A stretch of DNA of 64,000 nt. Source: Batkoa obscura (taxonomy: Eukaryota). The notes below the pieces were generated by a model. That model saw only the letters and a list, made by a program, of their open reading frames with translations, had not been told where the DNA came from and made no database searches. The stretch spans positions 806,001-870,000 of the forward strand of contig JASVEC010000021.1 of assembly GCA_030770535.1 (NCBI GenBank). The letters run 5' to 3'. The position numbers and the translations under genes were made by a program. Shown piece after piece: positions 10,817 through 23,405 of the stretch (its first letter is position 1; each line of letters opens with the position of its first letter).

Positions 10817-13800
10817 ATGGCACCAGCTACATTAGAAGATATGCAATTAGAATTTTTATATGGTATTGAACCTGAGATGTTGAATTTTCCAGTAAGTGAT
10901 ACTGGGATCAATTTAAATTCATAAAAAAAAGAGCATAGTCTAACTAATCAAAACAATTTCCATTAGAACATTGAGTTTTTTTATCGAACAATGACAGATG
11001 TGTTAACTTCTGAAGAAAAAGAGACTTATGCAAATGAAAATGTTAACGTAAGTACTAATAAAAAAGCGAAACTAAATACAAAATTGAATATTGATTTTAA
11101 TAATTATAAATTTAGTTTCGAGTATGGAATTATTTAAGTAATATCGATTGGAAGACAGTAATTGCAGATGTTAAAAAACCCAGTTTTATTTATTGGAATT
11201 ATTCATCAGACGTAATTTCTTATTTTCTTAATTATTAAATCTTAATCCAAATAAATCCTATCCTTTAGTTCCCAAATCATGTAAAACAAATTGGGCCCTT
11301 AGCCAAAGTAGCGTAATAATTCATATCCCATCCATTAACTTTCAAATTCACTAACCTTTTATTCCCTTTTAGTGCTTGTTTAAAATTATTATTTTTATAC
11401 ATTGACATTCAAAATTCTAAAGGGTTATCAAAGATAGCCAAACCAAATATATTAGAAGCTGTCAATGCTATTGGTCAAAGTTTTGATACGTTGACCGAAT
11501 CTTTTAATTTCATGACTAGTACCTTTGCTTTTATTATGTCTTTTAACCAACAGTTTGGTTTTGATACCAAGGTAAGCAGAAAAAGGAAAGACGGGGGATG
11601 AAGTTATAATGATTATTAAAACTAGTAATTGTGATTTAGGATTTAATTACATTTAGTTTATCATATTTGGTGCCTATTAGAGTTCCATTGTTGATTCATT
11701 TTGTTACATATAATTCAAGGTTGATGGAAAAGGTAATTGAAAGTAGTTAATTGCAACTTACAAATTTAAGCTAATTCATTTTATAGTTATTGAATGTTAG
11801 TTTAGAACATTTCAAAAGCAATTTAATGGAAGAAAAAAGAGAAGATTTAGAGTAATTTTTATTATATTACATTTTACAATTAATTAAATTGTATTTAATT
11901 ATTATCTTTATTTTGTCTTAGTCATTTATTAAATCGATTGAAATTAAATTTTCCTAATAATTTTAATCAATATCAACATATTATTATGGACTGGGAATTT
12001 CCGCCTAATTTATTACTAAATTCAATTGATGACGATAAGATTGAAATTTCTAAAAGGGTAATATTTTAGTTTATTGATCAACTTATTATAACCTAATAAT
12101 TAATTAATATCAATTTTGTATATTTTATTAAATAGATAGAACATGTATGCTTGTTATTCAAACCTTTACAAAATATACCAATGAAAGATCCTAATATTGA
12201 AGAACCAATCTTAAGACAAACATTAGGTAATTTTAATAATTAATATAAAAATGCCAATATTTACTAATATTTATTTTTTAAAACATATTAGAATTTTTAA
12301 GGAAATTTGAAAAATTGTTAAGAGATATATTAAGTAATCGAGATGTAAGCGATTATATAATAATTAATAATGGCGATAGTTTATTTTAATTAAATATTAG
12401 GTATTTAATAATCAATCTCAATTGATACCTATATTGTATTGTTTAATACAAGCTAAAAAGAATTTTAAATATCAATTACCAGATACATTAGATACTTACT
12501 TTGCTTTATTAAACTTAGAAAATTTAAATCAAACTATATCTATGCGGTAAGTTAATTATTTCCTTATCGTATTATTATAAATTATTAATGTTAATATTGT
12601 TTATTTTTTAGTTATTATGATTTAGTATTATGTTTTATATTTTTATTTTTCAATATAAATAAACATAACAAGGTAAATCTAATCTATAATAATTATTAAG
12701 TATTGTAATTATATCTAAATATTATTTTATATATAGAGAATTGTTAAAACGTTATTAGAATGGATCTGCGATTATCATTTTGAAGGCATAGTTAATTTAA
12801 TAATTGCAGTAAGAGAGCATAATAATTGTGATCCTAGTTTAAAAGAAAATTATGAACTTGCAATTCGAGCTTATATTTCAAATGTAGTAGGATTTCCAGT
12901 TATTTTAGGTAAGTTAAGAATAAAAAATGGAAAAATTCATAATGAATAGAAACTAATAATTAAATATTTTAGATAAAGAAGCTTTAACTACGATGCATTT
13001 TATGTTTAATTATTCAGAAAAATTAAATAATTTTATATTATATTCAAGGTTAACAGAACTGAATTCAAGGAATTATAAGTTTATTGTAAGTATTTTTTTA
13101 ATAATGATAATAAATAATAAATAATAATACTTATTATTATATATAGACAAAGGATTTAACTAGTGAAGAAATCTTATATAAGTTAGGAAATTATTTAGAA
13201 TTTGGGTTAAAAGCCATTTCTTTAAAAGAATTTATAAATTTTGAAAAAGATATCAAAAATTGGATAAGTGAATTAATCATCAATATTAATCATCATCCGA
13301 TTCATTTTAAGTTACCAAATTTAATTAAAGCTTATGTTAGTTTGTAAGTAAAATTTATATAAATAATGGCAATAATGCAATATTAATGTATTAATATAAT
13401 AATAATAACTTTTGTTTTTGCAATTAGATTATTTACCGCCATGGGAAGAAAAGTAAAAAAAATTGATGAAGAGTTATTAACAGAATATTTGAAACCTAGA
13501 ATTACAAATTGTTTAAGTAGTATATCATCCAAAAATATACTATTTTTTTATTATCTTTTATTATTTAATGCTAAATTATTAAGATGTTGTGATAGTAATC
13601 CAGAGTTAGTATCCAATTGTAAGTTGATTATATTTTATTATTCCATCATCGTATTGTTATTATCATATTTTATTATTACTATTATCACCTTATTGATATT
13701 TTTTTATTAGTAAAATATTCAGATGATTTTATGGATCAAATTGGTATTAAAAATATTGTTAATTATGCTAATGAAAGTTTAATTACAAAAGAACTAAAAG

Positions 13801-13893
13801 AATTCAAATTGGAAATTAATGAATTAGCAAAAGAAGCCTTTCCTCAATATTTTACTATGATAAAAGAAGAAACTTATCAATTACCATTGTAAG

Positions 13894-13936
<43 letters not shown>

Positions 13937-15682
13937 TGTTATCAATATTGATAACTATATTTTTGTATATTCATATATTCATATTAATATCAATATTTTA
14001 GAATTAGTTCTCAAATATCTATACCTTACTTAACTCAAATTAAACAATTAATACAACAACCATTGGATAATTTATCACTTAATACAGTAATTAAGATTTT
14101 ATTACAAGAATGTAGAAAAGATACAATTTTGTTAAAACTTACATTACATTATATAAGTAGCTTTAATTTAGATATTATTATTTCATTAACTCAAGAAATT
14201 GTTAATATGTTTCCAATATTTTTTTCTTATGAAAGGTAAAATTTGTTTATTATAAAAATTATGAAAATAAAAAGGTTAATATGATTTGTTTTATTTAGTA
14301 TTGATGAAGAAAGTTTAATGTTATTTTATAATCTATGGATATTAATTAATGAATATATACCTGAAACTTTATGGCCATTAACAGTTAGTTATGCTTCAAA
14401 TAAAGATTTCGCTTGTGATTCTGTAAGGTAAAAGTTTAACATTATTTTATAATTTATAGATATTAAAATAATATAATAGAATGTTTACATTACCAGCTTT
14501 AATTGAAGCTACACCGGCATTATTTGTATTAAATCCAAAAATGTTAAAAATTCCATTATTATTTAAGATTACTTTAAAGGTAAATTAGAATAATATTAAT
14601 ATTGTATAATTTAATATTAAATGTTCTATTAGGTTTATGAAGGAGTACGGATGGCTACTCATTTAAAATTAAAAAGAATACAAACAATTGCTAGAAATAC
14701 AATCAAAATTGGAAATCAATTTGAAATTGTGGTAAGTTTGTTTATTGTTATTATTATTTTGTAAGAGTAAAATGATATTGATTGATTTTTATCTTTATTT
14801 TTAGCCTAAAATAGTACAAGCTAAATTAGAAGACACTATTAGATTATCAAATAGTTCAATTATTCAATTTTTACTAGATATTTGTGATGAAAATTTTCAT
14901 GAAGATAATCAAAGTAAGTAACATTATAAACACATAATATTTAATATTAATTTTTTTGTTATAATAGAAAATATAAATATAATAAGAAAATTAGCATTAA
15001 TTTACGTTCATCAATTATTTATTCAAGATCCTAAATTAATACCATTAATCCATAAACAAATGTATAACTCGGATTTATTGGAGCCAATATTTAAATACGT
15101 ACCTTCAACAAGTAAATATAATAATAATAACAACAATAAATATATATTAATAAACTATTTAATATTAATTTAGTTGTAATGCAGGATTATCTCCCCTCAT
15201 TATTAAAAGATCCAGTGGTAGATAGACGATGGTTTGCGTTAGAATTAACCTCTCAATTAATTACACGATTTCCATTAGAAGTTTATAAAGAAATGATTGA
15301 ACAAGTAGTTCAACCAATATTAATTGAATTTTTTATAGACAAATGTTTATTAAATCAAATTCATAATGAATATCAATTATATCTAGAAGCCAAACAACGA
15401 TGTAATTCCAATATACAATTACAAATTGAAAGGGAAATGGAAAGATTATTAAAAGTCAAAAGATTAGTAAAGGAAGAAAAAGTAGATGAAATAGTATTAT
15501 CGTTTATTAAATTATTTACCAAATTAACTGATGGATTTTTGGAATTATATAACGGTAAGTTGATTTTTTTTGATTTTTAAGTTTATTGACTGCTTTTAGC
15601 TAATAGAAATGTTTGGTCAACAGCGGATAAAATGATTAGTTTATTAAAAGAAAAGAGTGAACAAAATAAGTTTAATAATTAA
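10817..15682 (+). CDS. INTS2: Integrator complex subunit 2-like protein, more than 20 short introns
   Basis: The C-terminal block VHQLFIQDPKLIPLIHKQMYNSDLLEPIFKYVPST/VMQDYLPSLL...WFALELTSQL matches the recalled INTS2 signature (LHQMYIADP..AKLVHFQGY...IPSMH..LDFIPEL...FAIQLLS). A chain of GT-AG-bounded exons runs from ATG 10817. Confidence 0.75.
13897..13935. repeat. (ATT)n microsatellite in an intron
   Basis: About 13 ATT units. Confidence 0.9.
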
Positions 15683-15803
15683 ATAAAAATAAAAATAAAA
15701 ATAAAGGTAAAAAAATAATTTAAATGAATTGAATAAAAATAATAAGCTATTAAAATATAAAATATTATTTTTTTATTTATTTAATTTTCTATTCTGAAAA
15801 TAT

Positions 15804-16894
15804 CTAATTAAATTTTTCCACTTGTTTCATGACTTCGTCTCTAAAATCAACAGTTTCAACTTTTTCAACTCCTTCACCTGCCATTAATCTAGAATAAGTT
15901 AAGATTTCTAATTTTATATTCAATTCTTTTTCAATACTCTTTAGAAATTCTAAAACAGTACCATTACTAAATAAAAAGTTTTGATTTAATAATACATTTT
16001 CATTTAAATATTGCTGGTATTCTTCAGCAGTCATTGAATCCTTCTTTAATATAACAGCTTCTTCATTTGAAGATAAATACAATGGATTTAAACCCACTAC
16101 GTGTCTAGCCAATTGTTTATTAATTTTATCTAATTTGACTTGATCCTTCACATCTCCTTTAACTCGAATCACTATATACCCTCCAATTTTACCATTATTA
16201 CCAATACCATTATGAGCATGAGTAGCAACCAACACTTTATCTTGATTTTCAATTTCAAATTGACTAACTAAACTTCTTCTTAATATTAAATTCTCACCTA
16301 ACTTAGCTATATTTTCAGATATCAATTCATTCACGTTACTTTCTCCATTATTGACTGAAAGTTGTTTAACTGTATCCTCAGCAAGGTTTAATTTTTTAAC
16401 AGTGTTAAAATTGGTTTCAAGAAGTTGATTTTGAACTATAGTTTCTGAAATCGAAGTAACCAATTGATGAAACATAGGGGAACGAGTAACAAAATCTGTT
16501 TCGCAACATACCTAATTAAATTTATATTAAAAAGTTAATAGAAAATTAATATTGATTCAATTTCACTTACCTCTGTCATTGCTGCAACAATTTTGTTTTC
16601 TTTCTCTTGTACAGCAACCCCGGTTAACCCTTCACTGGCTACTCTATCCGCTAGTTTGGCTGCTTTTTTAGCCCCAGATGAAACCAAATCCTTCTCTAAC
16701 CATTGTAATGCAGCCTTTAAATCATTATTGGTAGCTATTAAGGATTCTTTGGCTTTAGTAATACTAACTTCAGTTTCTTGACGAATTTTAGAGATCAATT
16801 TGATATCGGGTTTAATAGAATAGCTTGAGCGAATAAATTTAGTATAATTGATAATGGAAGCTGATTTCAACTGTCTTTGAAGTTGGAATAACAT
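15804..16894 (-). CDS. TSF1: Mitochondrial elongation factor Ts, 2 exons
   Basis: IRQET.VSITKAK..L, AAKLADRVASEGL, CETDFVTR, IAKLGENL, LARHVVG motifs; intron about 16512-16570. Confidence 0.93.
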
Positions 16895-17365
16895 GATGAT
16901 ATTGATTTTCTATTGTAGTGTTGTTTTAAAACAAAGCTCAAAGTAGTTATTGTATTTTTAAAATAATTCAATTTTTTTGGGACAGAAAGATAGAATTGAT
17001 CCCTTATTCCATTGGTCTTATTTAGAATTTCTACTTTTTATTGGCTAATGAACTGAACGAAGCTTATTGGTTCAATTTGAAGTTGCACTAGAATAATTAT
17101 TTACTATAATTAGACTATTAATCTTGAAATTTTTAAAAATACGTTTAATTTAAAAATACGTTGTAAAAAATATCAACAAGCCAATTTAATAATAATAGAT
17201 AAGATTTGATAATTTAACTACCACTAAATAATCGATAATAAAATAAAACTGTTGATGAGCTAAGTAACCTGTTAATATTATGATAATTTAATTGATGTAA
17301 TTTATTAACTGTTGATATTATATATATCTTGTTATTTTTTCTTTCTTTTACTTTACTTTATTTAA

Positions 17366-18301
17366 ATGAAAAGTTTGTATTTAATATTATTAATAAAAAA
17401 TGTCCTCACACATTCTTGGCTTGATTGTACAGACCGGAGAACGGATGGCTCTTGTGGAGGATATATAAGGAATTTTCAAGGACATTATGATTTATTATCT
17501 ACATATAAAATACTTGATCGAAGTCCTGAAGTACCATTGTGTGATCCTAAATATCAATCTGTGCCTTATTATAAACCAGAGTACCCTATGGCTAAAGTAA
17601 AATCGGGCCAAACTTTATATTTTGATTATTTTGAAAATGGGCATGTTAATTTAGATCGATTACCTCCTGATTTTAAACCTCATCCTAATATTTATTCAGT
17701 TTATTTAAATCGCAAATCATATCTAGGGGATTTAAATGATGGTTCTCAGTATTTAAAAAGAAAAGATTTATTTGGTATCGAACCTTTAATAAAAGCACCT
17801 TTTGATGATGGGGAATGTAGTGATATTACTTATTTTAATCGAATTGGACCTAAACCTTGTATTGGTAATTATACCATACCAATGAATTTATCTATAGGAG
17901 TTTATCAATTAATTTGGGTCTGGCATTTTGATCGAGATAATAATGGTAAAGGGGAAGAATATACATCTTGTTTTGATGTGGAAGTATTAAGTGATCAAGA
18001 ATATAATGAAAAAGGGAGCAGTATTCGATTTAAGCCATATACTCCCTTTCGTAATTTAGTTACTGAAGTGAAAGTAAATGTAGAAAAACATGAATGTAAA
18101 CAGGGAACTTACGATAATAATTTATATGATTGTGTTAATCAAATATTGTGTGAAAAGGGAAATAAAATTTGTAATGAAAATCAATGCTATAACACAAATC
18201 AATTTCAATGTTGTTTTGACAAATATTTATTACCAAAAGCTCAATCTTGTGAAATATTAGCTAATCCGTTTGAAAGAATTAAAGGATTTTTAAAGGGCTA
18301 A
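17366..18301 (+). CDS. Secreted LPMO-like (His1) protein of the DUF7492-like type with a C-terminal CBM52-like Cys-rich module
   Basis: 15-aa hydrophobic leader followed by HSWLDC; FENGH, FDDGEC, YQLIWVW and EEYTSCFDV motifs; tail C..GTYD...YDC....LC......C....CY....FQCC. Confidence 0.7.
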   Translation: MKSLYLILLIKNVLTHSWLDCTDRRTDGSCGGYIRNFQGHYDLLSTYKILDRSPEVPLCDPKYQSVPYYKPEYPMAKVKSGQTLYFDYFENGHVNLDRLPPDFKPHPNIYSVYLNRKSYLGDLNDGSQYLKRKDLFGIEPLIKAPFDDGECSDITYFNRIGPKPCIGNYTIPMNLSIGVYQLIWVWHFDRDNNGKGEEYTSCFDVEVLSDQEYNEKGSSIRFKPYTPFRNLVTEVKVNVEKHECKQGTYDNNLYDCVNQILCEKGNKICNENQCYNTNQFQCCFDKYLLPKAQSCEILANPFERIKGFLKG

Positions 18302-18597
18302 AAGCTTATGAGTTTATATCAATTATAAGTCAATGACTAGAGATCCTTTGTTGCTTTAAAATGATAAATTGATATTAGTTTAGATATCTATTGCCATGTT
18401 ATTATAAAATCATTTTTATGTAGCATACATTATAAACATGATTCAATAAAGTTGATAATTATCCTTTATACTTTTACTTAACTTTTATCAATACATATTG
18501 TTAAGATATTTTATCAAATGGTTTCCTATTTATTTCATTTTATTTTGTTTATTATATAAAATTCACTATTTTTACTTAAAACCATATGATATTAAAT

Positions 18598-18696
18598 GGG
18601 GATATGTTTTTGTGTTTAAGAATTTACTAACAGTTTTTTCGCTTAAATGGTGCTTAAAAGATGGAAAAAGTGATGAGAGTCAAAAAAAACACCTCC
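18598..18696. mobile_element. MITE family A
   Basis: GGGGATAT...ACACCTCC, flanks AAAT/AAAG. Confidence 0.85.
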
Positions 18697-18734
18697 AAAG
18701 TATAAATTCCCTTTCATTAATGTTATAAAAAATA

Positions 18735-18998
18735 ATAAATTATGATAAAATTGGTATAAAATTATGTTTACTGTGACTAAAAAATCGTTTTTTGAACACT
18801 AAATCTATTTTTTGATTAATAATCTACGTTTGCAGTTAAGATCTTAAAATTTATCTGATAAATTCACTCTAGATTTTTAAAATAAAGTACTGTTATTTTA
18901 AATAAAATGCAAATACAAAGTTTCATTATCCAAACGAACCTATTTTTTAGTAACAGTGAACAGAATTCTACACCAATATTTATGATCATGATTGTATT
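18735..18998. repeat. About 260-bp element with roughly 60-bp imperfect inverted arms (possible second MITE family)
   Basis: TTGGTATAAAATTATGTTTACTGTGACTAAAAAAT versus reverse complement TTGGTGTAGAATTCTGTTCACTGTTACTAAAAAAT. Confidence 0.6.
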
Positions 18999-19481
18999 TG
19001 CTATATGAAATACTATTCTTAAAAATCAAGTTTTTATTGATAATGTATTGATTAAAATAGATTCCACTCTATTCAGAGTGTATTGTTTTTAATAACATTC
19101 AACAATATTATGAAAATCAATAAAGCATCTGATTATTAAAGTACTATCAGTAAAGCTCATTTAATTTTAACTATATCCTAGTATCTTCTATATCTAAAAA
19201 TAAGTCCACTTTAATTTTTTATATTAATTCAAGTTATCAAAACTTGTGACTAAAAAACCAAGACAGCTAACAAGAATTTGTATAGGTATTTCAAACCTAA
19301 GCTTAATATTATTCCATTTGAATTTTAAAGCATGCCAATAAAAATTAGAATACTTGAAATTGGTTGATAAGCTGGTATTGAGGAAAGCACAATAGTTTCA
19401 AATATTTCAAAACTTAGTTGAGTTTCAAAAAATATATAAAGACAACAAATACAAGATAATAATTTTTTTTTCAAAAATATT

Positions 19482-19903
19482 ATGTTGAAAGTTTTCAAAG
19501 CTATTAAAGTGTCTCAGTTATTTAAAAAAAGAGCTCCTCTTTTTCTCAATCGATTTAATAAGTTAAATTTTATGGCCACCAGTGTCAAAACAAATACTAC
19601 AAATTCCATACAACTTCGACTTAATACTATCTTAAAAAATAAACTAGTTCCCGAAGATCTTGTAAGTATTAACAATTATCACTATTCTTTGCTTGATATT
19701 TTGATTAAGTTGAACTAATAGTTTATTTTTCTTAGCTTAACCTTGACTCTCAATTAATTGATTTTGGTTTAGATGGTTCAGATATGAAAGCAATAGTCCA
19801 AGATATTAATAATGAATTTCAAATTCAAGTTACTAATGAAGAAATTTATGAGTTAAATACCTTGGAGGATTTAGTTCAAAGAATTGTTGAAAAGGCCCAC
19901 TAA
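19482..19903 (+). CDS. Acyl carrier protein-like protein, probably mitochondrial, 2 exons
   Basis: Basic presequence-like N-terminus; intron 19662-19735; exon 2 LNLDSQLIDFGLDGSDMKAIVQDINNEFQIQVTNEEIYELNTLEDLVQRI has the ACP pattern. Confidence 0.75.
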
Positions 19904-20329
19904 ATGAAAAAGTGAAGTTGAATTTTATATTAAGTGAGGTTTTATGTTATATTTATAGGGCCTGATGTTTTGTGAGTTACTTTCAGTATTATTTTGAATA
20001 AAAATTTAAAAGAATTCGGATTGTTTTTTTTACTCTGGTTAGACGTGGCTGTTTTATCCCGTTTGATAGACTAAAATTTAGAATTATTATGAAGTGTTGT
20101 TGTTTTAAGTATAATTCAAAAATTAAAATATTAGTTTAAAGATAGTAATGGGTTATTATAAATATTTTTATACCTATTGATTTATTTATTGAGTAATTCC
20201 ACCATATAATATTATTAAGTTTATTGAATTTATCTGCTATTAATTTTATGTATCACTCATGTTTAATCCAGATAGACCCAGAGATCCCACTAATATAATT
20301 ATAGAATTTAATATTAGGTATAAACATAC

Positions 20330-20427
20330 GAGGATGTGTTCTTTTGTTTAAAATTTCTGATAACACTTTTTCCACTCAAACAGCGTTTAAAAGATGGAAA
20401 AAGCGATGAAGCCAAAAAAGCATCTCT
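20330..20427. mobile_element. MITE family A
   Basis: GAGGATGT...GCATCTCT with the family core. Confidence 0.8.
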
Positions 20428-20684
20428 ATATAGAGTTCTGTTAGTATTTATTTTATAAATTAAGACTAATAATGAAATAAATTAATATTCTCAATAAGAT
20501 GTAATTAAATAAATAAATTGATATATTGTTGGCATTTATGTTTTAATACTTTTTTATTTGAGTTAGTTTAAAAGCTTGGTTCAATATTTTGTGCAATTTA
20601 GGTTTTTAGTAAAGATTGCAAATCGAGTACAAGGAAGTACTATAAAATTAGCTGCTTTTTGCTTAATTCAAATTACTCCTCTAT

Positions 20685-20784
20685 GGTAATGTTTTTTCAT
20701 TTAGTATTTAAAAAAATTCAAAAATTTACTTTCCTTTCAAATAGCGCTTAAAAAGTGGAAGAAGTGAAGTCAAAAAACAGCCTC
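20685..20784. mobile_element. MITE family A, degenerate
   Basis: Core TCAAATAGCGCTTAAAAAGTGG and end ACAGCCTC-ATAT. Confidence 0.7.
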
Positions 20785-21140
20785 ATATTTATACATTTAT
20801 TTATACTCTTTTTTATATTAATACTAGAACAATTCAATTTAGTAAATAATTTTTTTGCTAATTTAATAGCTTAAATTTCATATCATTATTTCATTTTCAG
20901 TCTTAAAAAATTACGCATTTAAATTTTAATATTTTTGCTAAATTTAATCTATTTTAAACATGAAATTTAGTGTTTAAAGCTTATTTGCCTTATATTAGTT
21001 GTAAGAGCTGAAAATTAAAAAAGCTTCATAATGATTTGTTAAGTATATATAATATAATAAAAGTTATCTAGTAAAATATAAAATTACATTTATACTAAAA
21101 ATAAAGATAAAAATAAATATAAAAATAAATATAAATATAT

Positions 21141-21239
21141 GGGGATGTTTTTTTTGACTTCATTACTTTTTCCATTTTTTAAGCGCTATTTAAGCGGAAA
21201 AGTTGTTAGTAAAATTCTTAAACAGAAAAATACATCCCC
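21141..21239. mobile_element. MITE family A, inserted in an (ATAAA[A/T])n tract
   Basis: GGGGATGT...ACATCCCC, TSD ATAT. Confidence 0.92.
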
Positions 21240-21424
21240 ATATAAATAAAAACAAAAATAAAAATAAAAATAAATATAAAAATAAAAATAAATATAAATA
21301 TAAATATAAATACTTTTATTAAAATACTATTTAATACAGTTGAAAAAGATAGAAAAACACTTTATAATAAAAATTAGAAATATGAGTAAAGTTTAAGTTT
21401 TAATTATATAGTGAAACGTCATAT

Positions 21425-21517
21425 GGGGATGTGTTTTTTTAAGAATTTTACTACAATCTTTATACTCAAATAGCACTTAAAAAACGGAAAAACAATGAAA
21501 CTAAAAAAAACAGCCCC
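21425..21517. mobile_element. MITE family A
   Basis: GGGGATGT...ACAGCCCC. Confidence 0.85.
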
Positions 21518-21696
21518 TATTTTAAATAAGAACAATTATTTATGTAGCATTGTAATCTTGAATGAAGCTGGTAATTATATGTTCTAAGCTATATAATTAA
21601 AACAAACTTTAATTTATAAGCATGGAATATAACTATCATATAAGTTATAAAAAATAAATAAAAAACAATTTTTACTATTAATAAATTATACAAAAT

Positions 21697-21794
21697 GGGA
21701 GTGTTTTTTTGACTTCGTTATTTTTTTCATTTTTTAAGCGCTATTTAAGCGGAAAATTTGTTAGTAAAATTCTTAAACACAAAAATACATCCTC
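21697..21794. mobile_element. MITE family A
   Basis: GGGAGTGT...ACATCCTC, TSD AAAT. Confidence 0.88.
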
Positions 21795-21815
21795 AAATAA
21801 TAAAAGTAAACATGT

Positions 21816-21912
21816 AGGGATTCCTTTTTTGTTTAAGAATTCACTAACAATTTTTTCACTCAAATAGCGCTTAAAAAATAGAAAAAGTGATGGAATCAAA
21901 AGAAATATCCCC
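21816..21912. mobile_element. MITE family A
   Basis: Family core and end ATATCCCC. Confidence 0.8.
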
Positions 21913-22041
21913 TTATAATATTATTTTTTATAATTTATAAGCCTTTTTTTATATAGATCTATATAATTTGATTTAATTTAATTCAAAACTTCATACTTTT
22001 TTACTTGAAAATTTTATTAATAATTTTTTTATTTAAATAAT

Positions 22042-22140
22042 GGGGGTGTTTTTTTTGGCTTGATTACTCTTTCCATCTTTTAAGCACTATTTGAGCGGAA
22101 AATTTGTTAGTAAATCCTTAAACGCAAAAAAACATCCCTC
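22042..22140. mobile_element. MITE family A
   Basis: GGGGGTGT...CATCCCTC, TSD TAAT. Confidence 0.88.
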
Positions 22141-23405
22141 TAATACTTGAAAAAAATAAAAACACTTTTGTCACTTTTTTTATATTGTTTTACATTTACG
22201 TGTTATATAACATAATTTTATATTTTATCAAATAATTTATTTAGATATTTTACATTTTTTTTATAGATTATTATAAACTTTAATTTCAAAATTTTTCCAA
22301 TTCATATAAAACAACTTTGAGTATTAAATTTTATATTATTTGATACAAAAAAAATTTCCTAAAACTTTTTAAAAGTATATTAACTCTACTTTTTTTATAA
22401 AAAGTTATTAATACTTTCTCAAAACTTTTTGTCGCCTTTATAAATATTAGATAAAACATTTCTATATGAATAATTTTAATCAAAAAAAGGCAATTAATTT
22501 TACAGCATTCTATGCTTAACTCATAATTTTGCCAAAACCTAAAGTTGATAAAAATTGAACTGAACTGTTAGACTAACTTATGTAAATCAATGTAGATTCG
22601 ATATTATTCGTTTGACTTTGAAAGAACAAGAAGCTCTTAGCTACTTTTTGGTGTAAGGCAGCTTGAGTTAAATATTAGCGAAAGTAAGTTTTCATTTTAA
22701 AATAGGCCGATCTCAGAACAAATGCCTAGTAAACTAAAATTGCATTTTGAAGTAACTGTATATCAATCAACTGTAAAAACTAGAATTATATCATCCTAGC
22801 AGAATAATAAACGACTCCATCTGACGATCAATAAATAGTATTCTATAATGCTAAAATAATCAATAAAGTATTTTTGATAAAAATCTTAATATTTTTGTCA
22901 CTCGATGAAATCATTTCAAACAACCATTCTTTTCTTTTCATTTGTCGTTTTAATTTAATTTCAGATATTTCATGACTTCAGCTATTATTAAAATGTAATT
23001 TCTACTTTTGAAGTTTATATTGATTTTTTTGTTCTATTTATTAATGTCTTCGAACAAAATAAATAAAAATACCGTTAATGTTAAATCTTGACCAATCACC
23101 TTCGAAATATCCCATGTTCTTAGTGAAGATTCTGACATGAGTGTCCAATCAATAGAGATTAGTTAATCCTTGATTCGCTAGCCAGCTTTTACAAACTGTA
23201 AAAAGAATTGTTAATTAAGTGTCGAATTAAACTAGTTTTAATAAATTTAAAATTTTAAAAACAATATAGCTTGTGCTTTAATAGGTATGAAATCAAATTG
23301 ATAATATTAGACAGAATAACATCTCGATAAAAAAAGCCAGTTTTATTGTATACTTTCACTAATCCTTATTTGTATTTATAAAGCCTAATAGAGTTGAATT
23401 AATAA

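Noticed and set aside
10817..15682. Minor (U12) or non-canonical introns in the intron-dense genes
   Set aside because: All introns I traced are ordinary GT-AG; no RTATCCTT donors were seen at exon ends.
21141..22140. Clustered similar repeats that could suggest a CRISPR-like array
   Set aside because: Units are about 98 bp, in mixed orientation, irregularly spaced and mostly TSD-flanked: they are MITEs in a eukaryotic genome.
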